This document shows positions 12,726-23,971 of a stretch of DNA of 64,000 nucleotides, one piece after another. Below the pieces are notes generated by a model, which made no database searches, was not told the origin of the DNA, and was given only the letters and a program-made list of their open reading frames with translations. The stretch is from NCBI GenBank assembly GCA_023213395.1, contig CM041465.1, forward strand, positions 204,731,741 to 204,795,740, written 5' to 3'. This stretch comes from Cycas panzhihuaensis. Taxonomy: Eukaryota > Plantae > Cycadophyta. Every line of letters starts with the position of its first letter. Position 1 is the first letter of the stretch. A program made the translations under genes and the position numbers.

Positions 12726-12850
12726 ACATGCAGACTTAAAATGACCTATATGTAGACTGACGAGACCAACATGCAGGTTGAAAAAGTGACATGTAGATAG
12801 GTAGAAACAAACATGCAAATAGACCTCTTCATCTCACACATATAGGTAGA
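12726..12850. repeat. Degenerate ~21-bp periodic repeat with an ACATGCAG-like core
   Basis: Core variants at 12726, 12748, 12769, 12789, 12811 and 12838. Confidence 0.55.
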
Positions 12851-13651
12851 AATAAATATGAAATGACCCCTATTGGACTTCCATTAAAATATTGTGTAAT
12901 AAGTGTTGAAAATAAATATATCAATGGTATGTTAAAGCCATTAATAAACACTATGAAACACTTAAATTAAAAAAATGGGGGGGGGGGGACATAGTGATGC
13001 TAATGGGCAACTAAAAATAATGGTGTTGAATCATTGAAGAAGTTAGCCTTTGAAGACCAATCTCCATTGAAAAATAATGATCAAATGTGATGAAAATGAC
13101 AAAAGAAAAATATTAAAAAGTTCTTGTTTATGAACCTTTGAAAGAAGATCTTGATTAAAATTAGAATATTTTAAAATATGTAAATTATAGTTTTAAAATT
13201 ATACAAAAAAAGAAATTTTGACAAATATAAATTGAACGGTCACGTGACTTGCATAACAAATGGTTGACTTGGAAACTTCATTTTGGTGACAGAAAATGGC
13301 TTGTAGAAGTTTGGATGTCCATGCATAAGACATAGAGGAGAAAATAATTGCCCAATAAAGGACGCATAGACACCCATAGAGTCACCTAACGAGCAAAGCT
13401 ACCAATCAATTGTAAAACAAGGGGACGCCCACGGAATTGTCACATTTACTTAGAGACACGTCTAATGCACTCTCAGAGGCCACACATGCAGTCACAGGTC
13501 AAACATGTGAATTATAGGATTGATTAATGTAACCAATAAATATACACTCATAAATACATAAAAAAACACATGGATAAAACTAGGTAGAATTAGTCTACCT
13601 ATAAGTTGAATTTCTCATTCATTGAGAATGGTCTCCTCTAACCATTGTTTA

Positions 13652-14015
13652 TGTTAACGTGGCAGTTAATTATTAAGCCACATAGTTAATGTTAATGTGA
13701 TTTAATTAAGTGAAAGGGTGCGAAGCCAAAAAGATGCGACTTATTCAGAGGGTCACAACCCTAATCGAGTGACACCTCTTAGAGAGTATAAATGTCTTGA
13801 GGCCTTGTATATTCTACATCCCAGTATTCATTGTGTAATAATCAAATGATCCATCAAGGATCCTCTTTGTGGTGGGTTTTTTCCCAAAAGAGTTTCCCAC
13901 GTAAATTCATGTGTACTGTGTATCTATTTTCTATGTTTTCTATTTGTTACTTGCTATGTATGGATAAAGATTCTACGTATGGGAACATTTGTGTATAATT
14001 TCATATTCCCAAATA
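13652..14015 (+). repeat. Copia D 5' LTR
   Basis: TGTTAAC...CCCAAATA, about 90% identical to 20468-20831. Confidence 0.95.
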
Positions 14016-14026
14016 TGGTATCAGAG
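14016..14026 (+). promoter_or_regulatory. Primer-binding site (tRNA-iMet) of Copia D
   Basis: TGGTATCAGAG directly after the LTR. Confidence 0.92.
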
Positions 14027-15655
14027 TAGTAATCCTACACAGCTAAAGCCTAACGGTGAGTGGGGCAGTGGGATAGTTGGTTGCCTGATGACGCCGTCTG
14101 ACCCAAGACGAGTCTTGAGGATCCATCAACTCCAACATCGTGTAGAAGCAGGCACAGAAAATCAATGGTTGTTAAAGCAGTGAAATTCACTACTTAATAG
14201 AGGATAATGGTTTTTTGGAGTCAATAATCAAGCGTGAAGACCACCTTCGTGGAATGAGTTGGCTTGTTGGGGGCCATCTGAAGCTGGTTGATAACCTATT
14301 TGGATAGTTCAAGCCAGCGAAGCAAGCATTGATGGTGATTCGACAACAATAAGGACAGCCATCTATCTACACAAGTAAGTCAGTCATTTCCATTCAAAGC
14401 TCTATAAAACTAAAAAAAAATTGAAGCTTTTTTTGGTGTTGCTTACTTTCAGTCTGTATATGGGAGAGATTGGAGCCTCTATGGAATGTTTTCAGCCCGC
14501 AATACTAAATTGAGATTAAGCATATATCAGTATAAAGTAGCTATATGTGATCTATTGAATTATAGTACCTTTTGTTTGAGAATATGACCTCATAATACAA
14601 CTATTTTCACATCCTGAGCCTGCATTTATGTGTAATCATTGTTGGGCTATTTTGTGAGTTGTTTGGAGACTTGTGTACATTAATATAGCAATATACAATT
14701 ATATAATGTCATGCTAAGGTGTTTATCAAGTTGGCTAGGTAGATTTTAGAGTTGGCTTAGCTCTTTGTATGACTATTGGGCACCTTTTTTTGGTGGCTGC
14801 ACATTCTGGAGACTGTCTGGGCTAAGTAGAAGTAGTTTTGACCCCTCTAAATACTGGCTGGGTGCATTTCTCTTGTGTTGGGCAAATTTTAGAGTAGCTA
14901 AGTCACTCTTTTGTGTATTTGTGCTACTCCTCCATGTGGCTGAGCTATGTCTTTGCCTGTTTGGTGGCTGGCTATCGACAGGGAGACTGCTGATCCTTGA
15001 GTCATTCGTGAGTGGCCGCCTGTTTGGAAGGAGATAGTAGGTCCGCGAGACATCCGTGTATTATTTGCGGTTGTCGTTGATTTCTAAGGAGTGTGGAGAT
15101 ACAAAGGGTCACACTTGACATATTTCACTAAGTGTTAAGCTTTGTATTACTTGTGGATAATTAAATATCATGTGGGTTTAGTGATAAGCAGATGACCTCT
15201 TTTCAAAAGTCACACTTTTTGGAAATATGCCTTTTGGCATATTCCCCTTAAAGTAAAAATATAAAAAGTGACCCTTTATATCATTGATATATGATTTTTT
15301 ATATAGTGTGAAGAATTTTCATTGTATTTGAAGCATCCTTGAGCCGTTTTAAGCGTGGATTGAGGCGTTTCTTGTGATTTTATGACTTGGAGATTGTTCA
15401 CGTTCATCTTGTGGAGCTGACCTTGTACCTTGAACATCATTTCACTTACCTTAATGCTCTTTTATGGTGTTATTTAAAGGTGTTTGTGGTCTATTTGGAG
15501 GTGGAAGCAGTCGGTGCCCTGCATTTGTGGGTACAATCCATGTTTTAAAGCCTCCGGGGATCACTCTTAGACTAAAGGAGGATATAGGGGTGCATTTCTG
15601 TCCTTAATACATTCATTTAGTGTCGTGTGATTCATATTAAAGATCATTGTTCGAA

Positions 15656-18600
15656 ATGGAGAAGCTCATGCCTAAGGTTATCTTTAACGATAACAATTTC
15701 AGCGAATGGAAGTCCAATATGGAGCTTATATTGATGGTGAACCAACTTTGGGGAATCACTAACTCGAAGCTTTTTGAGTTCCACTTGACCATAAAGAGCA
15801 TATCAAACTTGAAGAAAAGCAGTTTATGGCCATTAGATTACTGAAACTCTTACTGGTACTGAACTAAAGGGCACTGGTTCACAATTTGGATGACCCAGCC
15901 GAGATTTGGACGAAGTTGTGTGAAACTTTTGAGAAGAAGAAGACGGATAGGTGTCTTGCATTGATATTGGAACTATTCAATTTAAAAGTTGAAGATGAGA
16001 ACAATATCAGCTTTTGCTTGAATAAAATGACTAACTTGAAGAACAGGTTAGAAGAATTGAAGCAGAACTCGATCGATGATGCGCTTTTATTTGTGATAAT
16101 CATGTCAAAACTGCCAACTGTATTTGCCACATTCTAGACCATTTATGGTAGAGACAAAGTGATGGAGGCAGAAACTTTCGATGGGCTCAAAAACCTAATT
16201 CTAACAGAGGACGCTGAGCTAAAACATCATGGATTGCTTGGAGGTTTTGGTTCAAGTCAGGCCTTAGCTATGAAAACTCAGAGGAAGGAGGCCCCTAAGG
16301 AGGAGAAGTTCACACAAAGGTTTGGAGAAAACTCTTGAGACAAGAAGAAGTTTAATGGAAAGCACAATTACTGCAAGAAGGATGGTCATTACGAAAAGAA
16401 CTATTGGTTCAAGCGTCATGACAAGCGCAAAGGTAACTAGGATGATAAAGGAAAGAGTGTTACTGCTCATTACATCTGAGCGCAGACCTTGTTGGCCGAG
16501 TCAGATCGAAGAGACTATTGGGTGCTAGATTGTGGAGCACAGAAACATATCTCTTACCAAAGATGGAACTTTAATACGTTGAATGTAAATCAAAGTGGTG
16601 TTGAGATTGTTCTTAGAGATGCTCGCGCATTGCCGGTAGATGGTATCGATGAAGTTTCCATTGCAGGAGGAAAGTTTTCCAGGGTATATTATATACCCAA
16701 GATGCAGTTGAACCTTTTGTTTGATTGGGAGATCTGTAAACAAGGTATGAAAGTGGAGCTCTATAATGATAAGTGCTTGATAAAGGACCCAAAATAGAAC
16801 TTTGCTATCATAGCTACTGGGAAAGTCAGGGACAACTTCAGGGTGTTTAAGAAATTTCAATCTCAGAAGAAGTCCCATGCCTTTGTTGCTAGCGCGAATG
16901 ACGAAAGTAAACTGTGGCATAATTGCCTTGGGCACTTTAATTATAGGAGCATTGCACTACTGAAGAGGTTGAAGATGGTGGAAGGACTTCTGTCGGTTTC
17001 CTGCTCAGACGATGTATGCGAAGGGTGTATGTATGGAAAACATCATCGCTATTCTTTTGCTCGGGATAATGCTTAGAGAGCTAAGGAGAAGCTGGAGCTT
17101 GTGCACTAAGATATTATGGGACCACTCCTAAACCCTTCGATATTAAAAGCCCGATATACACTTGTGTTTGTAGATGATTACACGAGGAAAGCCTGGGTTT
17201 ATTTTCTCAAGAACAAGTCAGACGTATTTGATCGCTTCTGTGAATGGAAAGTGATGGTTGAAAATGAGTGTGATGCAAAATAAAATCTTTACGAAGTGAT
17301 AATGGCAAGGAGTACGATAATCATATATTCAATTAGTTTTGCTATAACCATGGTATAAAGCGAGAGTTTACAGTCTCGTATACCCCACAATAGAATGGAA
17401 TTATTGAAAGAAAGAATCGTACCATGATGGAGATGGCGAGGTGTATGGTACATACTAAAAATCTACCACCAAATTTTTAAGCAGAAGCTATAGTGACTGC
17501 TGTTTATATTTTGAATAAGGTATCCACTCAGGCAGTTCGCAGTATGATCCCTGAATAGAAATGGACTGGTCAAAAGCTTGCCATTAGCCATTTGAGAACG
17601 TTTGGGTGTATTACATATACCCACATCCCAGATGATACCCAAAAGAAGCTGGATCAGAAAAGTCTAAAGTGCATATTCATGGGGTACTGCACAGAGAATA
17701 ATTGCCTTGGGCACTTTAATTATAGGAGCATTGCACTACTGAAGAGGTTGAAGATGGTGGAAGGACTTCCGTCAGTTTCCTGCTCAGACGATGTATGCGA
17801 AGGGTGTATGTATGGAAAACATCATCGCTATTCTTTTGCTCGGGATAATGCTTAGAGAGCTAAGGAGAAGCTGGAGCTTGTTCACTAAGATATTATGGGA
17901 CCACTCCTAAACCCTTCGATATTAAAAGCCCGATATACACTTGTGTTTGTAGATGATTACACGAGGAAAGCCTGGGTTTATTTTCTCAAGAACAAGTCAG
18001 ACGTATTTGATCGCTTCTGTGAATGGAAAGTGATGGTTGAAAATGAGTGTGATGCAAAATAAAATCTTTATGAAGTGATAATGGCAAGGAGTACGATAAT
18101 CATATATTCAATTAGTTTTGCTATAACCATGGTATAAAGCGAGAGTTTACAGTCTCGTATACCCCACAATAGAATGGAATTATTGAAAGAAAGAATCGTA
18201 CCATGATGGAGATGGCGAGGTGTATGGTACATACTAAAAATCTACCACCAAAATTTTGAGCAGAAGCTATAGTGACTGCTGTTTATATTTTGAATAAGGT
18301 ATCCACTCACGCAGTTCGCAGTATGATCCCTGAATAGAAATCGACTGGTCAAAAGCTTGCCATTAGCCATTTGAGAACGTTTGGGTGTATTACATATACC
18401 CACATCCTAGATGATACCCAAAAGAAGCTGGATCAGAAAAGTCTAAAGTGCATATTCATGGGGTACTGCACAGAGAATAAAGCCTACAGGCTATGGGATC
18501 CACAGGGGAAAAATATTGTGGTTAGTCGGGATGTTAAATTTGATGATTCATTGATGTATCATGCTGAAAGATCATCAGAGGAACCTTTTTACCCTCCCCT

Positions 18601-20370
18601 TCTCTTATTCCTAGATTCTTCAAGTAAAGAGGATGATGAGTCGGTCGTTGTAGCACTTGAGGAAGCATGACCAAGTGGGACGAGTAATAGTGAGGAGCCA
18701 CCCCAAGAAGAAGTACCTTTAGCAATGGGTCCTTCTATTCCTTTATGGGTAAGGAAAACTATTGAAGATTCCGGTATGGCGATGTAAACCCTAACTAATG
18801 ACATATGAACCAAAAATCAGCATGCCAGTCGAACTTTGTTGGTAGACACCAATGACTCCAATGATCCTGATTCATTTGCTGAAGCGAAAGGAGATCCACA
18901 ATGGAGAGCTACAATGGAGGAAGAGTATGGTTCTCTGATGAAGAACGATATGTGGGATTTGGTCCCACCCCCTCCATCGAAGAGCCTTGTAGGATGCAAG
19001 TGGGTCTATAAGATAAAGTTTCACTCCGATGGAGAGGTGGACAAGTACAAGGCCAGACTTGTTACGCAGGGATTCAAGTAGAAAGAAGGAATCAATTATG
19101 AGGAGATGTTTGCACTAGTCTCCAGAATGACAACAATCTGCTTACTCATTTCCTTAGCAGCTACGTTAGATTGGGTGTTACACCAGATGGACGTTAAGTC
19201 TGCATTCCTTAATGGGGATCTAAAGGAGGAGATATACATGTCGCAACCTCTGGGATTCATTAAGGATGGCCAGGAGAATCTTGTTTGCTATTTGAAGAAG
19301 TCAATCTATGGCCTGAAACAAGCACCCCATGCTTGGTATGAGAAGATGGATGCCAAGTTGAAAACTAAAGGTTTTGAAATTTCAGAACTCGACCTGAACC
19401 TGTATGTGAAGAGAAGAGGGACTTCCATAGTTGCTTGCGTGGTGTATGTGGATGATCTAATCATCGGTGGTAATCGTGGCAAGGCTATAGCTAAAGTCAA
19501 ATCCAATTTGGGAGCTTCATTTGACATGATGGATCTCCGGGAACTTCACTATTTCTTCAACATTTAGATCAGACAGATGGAAGATATGATCATGTTGTTG
19601 CAATCGTAGTATGTGAACAACTTACTAGAGAGATTTAGAATGCAGCACTACAAACCTATTGCAACACCATGTGTAAAAGGCACAAGGTTGCATAGGGACA
19701 TAGCCCAACCTTCTATAGATGGCACTAAGTATCGCTAGTCAGTAGGGAGTCTCATCTATTTGACTCATACTAGGCCAAATATCACATATGCTGTTGGATT
19801 GGTTTTCTGCTACATGAAGAATCCTCAAGAGCCTCATTTAGTGGCAGCAAAGCAGATTCTAAAATATTTAAAGGGGACAATAATCTTGGTCTCGAATACC
19901 ATAGAGGTGAGAAGATCAGGTTGCATGGCTACACAGATGCTGATTGGGGAGGAGATTCCGATGATCGGAAGTCTACTGATGGATACCTATTTAGTATTGG
20001 CAATGGATTTATTTCGTGGTAGTCGAAGAAGTAGCAGACAATGGCGTTATCTTCTACAGAAGTAGAATATCAAGGAGCAGTATGGTTGCAAGGTCTCTTA
20101 GAATTTCTTGGCATTTCCAATGGTCATCCGATTCTTTTTGTTGATAATCAGAATACCATTCATCTATCGAAGAATCCAGAGTTTTATGTGCGTACAAAGC
20201 ATATCGAGATTCAACCCCATTACATTCGTGAACAGATCAAGTCAGGGAAGCTGCAGGTTGACTATTGTTTGAGTGAATTATAACTTGTTCACCGAGCCAC
20301 TCACTGAAGTTCAATTTACGAAGATGCGTATTGGATTAGAACTCATCACTATTATCTTTGAGGGGGGATG
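15656..20370 (+). pseudogene. gag-pol: Copia D gag-pol, disrupted
   Basis: NFSEWK gag start, knuckle YCKKDGH, protease WVLDCGAQKH, LWHNCLGH...CEGC, integrase FVDDY, RT CKWVYK/HQMDVKSAFLNG/YVDD and RNase H RTKHIEI, with many stops. Confidence 0.93.
16919..18480 (+). repeat. 779-bp tandem duplication of the integrase region
   Basis: 16919-17697 is about 99% identical to 17698-18476. ATAA occurs at 16919, 17698 and 18477. Confidence 0.97.
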
Positions 20371-20467
20371 TATTGACAAGGATAAAGAAGCTGCAAGATA
20401 GTCCTAGCCTTCATGATAACTCAACTACTGCACATTGCAGGTTCCCCACATTCACATTAAGGGGAGA

Positions 20468-20831
20468 TGTTAACATGCCAGTTAATTATTAAGCTACTTA
20501 GTTAATGTTAATATGGTTTAATTAAGTGAAAGGGTACGAAGCCAAAAATGTGAGACTTATTCAAAGGGTCACAACCCTAATCGAGTGACATCTCTTGGAG
20601 AGTTTAAATACCTTGAGGTCTTGTATATTCTACATCCCAGTATTCATTGTGTAATAATCAAGTGATCCATCAAGGATCCTCTTTGTGGTGGATTTTTTCT
20701 CGAAAGGGTTTCCCACGTAAATTCCTGTGTACTGTGCATCTATTTTCTGTGTTTTCTATTTATTGTTTATTGTGTATGGTTAAAGATCCTGTGTATAGGA
20801 ACATTTGTGTATAATTTTACATTCCCAAATA
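20468..20831 (+). repeat. Copia D 3' LTR
   Basis: TGTTAAC...CCCAAATA after the PPT AAGGGGAGA, followed by the TSD GTTTA. Confidence 0.95.
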
Positions 20832-21049
20832 GTTTACAATGCATATGATACAACCTTAATATACACTTTGAATCAATAATGATCCATACAAGAATCCATA
20901 ATTACCTTGACACTTGTCATAAGTCTATTTTGGACTTTAATAACTCCTATGACATGTCATCATCCTTGATGACTCCCACCTTATTTCATCCTCATATGAA
21001 TATTAATTCCAACATTCGCTCTTAATGTTCATATGATCAATTGAATTTA

Positions 21050-22780
21050 TTAGACTAGCCTGCTATTATGCCTAATCTTTGATTTCTATTTTCCCTTTAT
21101 CTCAAACAATTGAGCTTGTTAAATGGTCTTCAGGTACCATTTAGGAAATTTAACGGACGGAACGACCTTAGGTTCTGATTGTCTCTTGAGCGTCTCCAAA
21201 TTTCTCCTCAATTTCTTCTTCTTTTGGCTTAGTCCTTGGCTCGACAACATGTTAACTTGAAGAATTGGATTTAGATTATTTCTTGATCTACTTTCCTTTG
21301 TATTTTCAAATCTTTTAAATGTCTAGATCTTAACCTTGATCTATCACTCACTTGTTAGTATCTTTGGAGATGGCTTCTGTACCTTGTTTATCATCCTCTT
21401 CAAAGATAACCTCCTGAGTTATATGAGCCTTTCTAGTTATCAACTCGAATATCTGATACACTTTATTCTCTTCATTGTACCCTACAAGAATGCCTTTCAA
21501 GCTTTTATTAATGAATTTATGACGTTCATCTTTGGGAACTTGCATATATGTTGTGCTTCCAAAGATTTTGAAATGACTAACTATAGGCTTATGACTTTGA
21601 CCATGCTTCTTCAGGTGTTTTATCTCTTATAACTTTAATGATACTCTTGTTTGTTAGGTAAGTTACTATACATACTACTTTTGTCTAAAAAATCTCTAAG
21701 AGGTTCTTTGTTTTCATTAAGAACTTAGACTTTTCAACCAACATCCTATTTGTTCTTTTAACTAACCTATCATACTTATAAAAGTATATTGAAGACAATT
21801 GATTTATATCATGATCTTTACAAAATTGGACAAAGGTTCTAAAGGTAAATTCTCTCCTATTGTCTAACCTTAGTATCTTGATTCTTTGTTTGCTTTCCTT
21901 CTCCACTTTAGCTTTAAACTATTTAAATGTCTCAAACACCCGAGACTTCCCCTTTAAAGAATAAACTCTAATTTTCCTATAATAATCATTAATGAAGGTT
22001 AAAAGATATTTTGCATCTCTAAGTAAAGTGGTTGGCATAGGACCATAAATGTTTGAGTGTACCAGGTTTAGCTTTTCAATTGCCTTGCCTTTAAGAAATA
22101 TTTTCTTATGTTGCTTTCCATTGATATAAGGATCACATATGCCCTTTCCTACTTTGAACTTTGGGGAATCGTGTACCATATTGAATTTTTTCATTAATCA
22201 CAAGCTAGGGAAATGTAGATGTCCCAACCTTTCATGTCACAACTGAATCTTATTCGATACACCTACAATCAAATATACTCTTTAGTTTATAGATTTACTT
22301 AAGAGCTTATAAAGATGGTTTTTTCTCATACCTTTTGTGACCATTTTTATTTTATGATCACTGATAATCGACTTTTCATTCTTAAAGAGAACACTCATTC
22401 CATTGTCTATTATTTGACTAACGAAAACTAGAATTTTTAAAAATTAGGCATGTACAAAATGTTCTCCATATAACAATAATTTTAGTCTAGAGTTATAATT
22501 GGAAACACTCCAATACCTTTGATATTCAATATTTTATTGTCTCCCAGAGACATAGTATGTACCGATGCTTCCCACATGTGCTTGAACCAGTCAAGCCTGT
22601 TTGTCATATGTTTGGAAGTACCCAAATCTATATACTAGACATCACTATATCTTTTATTTTATATTGCCATATTTTGATGATCATCTACAATATGCAAATT
22701 GTCTCTCTGATGTTGATTAGCCTATAATAATCAACAATATCTTTTGATATGTCTTGGTTTCTTGCAGTAATGGTAGGTTC
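21050..22780 (-). pseudogene. pol: Copia E remnant: gag knuckle, protease, GAG-pre-integrase, integrase, SH3-like region
   Basis: YHYCKKPRHIKRYC (~22735-22777), YIDLGTSKHMT, LNLVHSNIYGPM, IKILRLDNRREF, KGILVGYNEENKVYQ. Confidence 0.88.
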
Positions 22781-23870
22781 TCTGAGACATTTTTATTAAG
22801 TAGAAAAAATAAACATATTTCACTCATTTTAATATTAAAACACAACGAAACAACCATGATAACTATACATGATGGGTGTTTAAACAACCCTATGTAGACA
22901 TACTTTGATTTTATTAAGAAACATTGACTAAAGAATCTTTGGTCACCATGTATAGTGCCAACAAAATATACTAAGTCATCAGACACCACATAGGGAACCA
23001 AAATCTACCCATATGTCCAAGCTTATTACATAGAACTTGAAAAAGTACAATGTAAAAATATTCTCTATTTTGTTATAGGATTCTTGTATAACCCATAAAA
23101 AGATTTTTAACCTTATGAATCCATGTGACCAGGGTCTAACACATGAGTGGGCCACACACCTCAACTAAAAGTTAAAAATAATTTAATGTATGAATAACAT
23201 TACAAAACAAAAAAAAAAATATTTTTTAACCTCAAATTTATATGCCTCAAATTTATATATTGAATATTCGTTGGTTGATTCGTTGACTTGTATACATCTG
23301 TATTCGATGAATTTTGTCTCAATCGATTCAATTCTTTTGAAGTCGTTTGGTTTAATTCTTGGCGTTGTCGATTCACTTCACTGGTTTCCGCAACTAGTTG
23401 TCTCCTCCATTTGGTGTTTGATTTCCTTCTGTAATCAAAGTCACTAGTCACCATGGCACCCCAAAGATAAGGCTTCCCACAGCTCTCATGATTCCCCTCC
23501 AATTCTGTCCAATGTATAGTCCCATACAAGGGAATACACAAAAAAAAAAAAGAACACGAAGAGCTTTGAGGCTTGATACCTTCAACAGAGACAAGGCTCA
23601 TAGAAACCCTCATTTGGATGAATTACAACCTAATTTTTTGCTTACCAAGAGAGCTCATGTACCTTACTTCATAGAATTTATAGGAGATTAATGGAGGAGC
23701 ACTAGGTCATCATAATAGAGAAAACAATAATGAGTTAATATGTAATGCTTTGAGGGGAAGCAATGGAACAGAATAGCGATGTAACGCCCATCATTAGTGT
23801 TTGCTGAAACATACAAGCATGAATTGTTTCCTGATTGTTCCCTAATATGATAAAGTTGGTCATGAGAAGT

Positions 23871-23971
23871 TTCCTCACTTGCTTCACACCATACTCCTAT
23901 CCTTATCAATATTCTGTAAGTAATTGAGGTCTTGCGGCAGTGTGTATGACACCATCTATGCCTCCTCCACT
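23871..23971 (-). pseudogene. MacroD-type macrodomain (ADP-ribose-binding/hydrolase) gene fragment
   Basis: 23971-23909 translates SGGGIDGVIHTAARPQLLTEY, followed by GVWCEASEE in another frame. This matches the MacroD/YmdB signature [21 protein letters not shown]...CxxGxA. Confidence 0.75.

Larger units (their letters stand above)
13652..20831 (+). mobile_element. Full-length Ty1/copia element D inserted in the 3' LTR of E
   Basis: Two 364-bp LTRs, TSD GTTTA (13647-13651 and 20832-20836), PBS, PPT at ~20459-20467, and gag-PR-INT-RT-RH order. Confidence 0.96.

Noticed and set aside
12977-12988. G12 run as a PPT
   Set aside because: No adjacent LTR start or pol end, so it is treated as a simple homopolymer.
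14016-14026. TGGTATCAGAG motifs (also 44857, 45796) as tRNA genes
   Set aside because: They are PBS complements of the tRNA-iMet 3' end only, with no cloverleaf.
14765-15037. 90-aa hydrophobic ORF in the Copia D leader (env-like?)
   Set aside because: It has a TTG start, T-rich composition, the wrong position for env, and no motif.
23200-23613. 137-aa minus-strand ORF as a host gene or the rest of the macrodomain
   Set aside because: It crosses homopolymer runs and shows no convincing Macro C-terminal motifs. VFPCMGLY and VVIHP in other frames are too weak.
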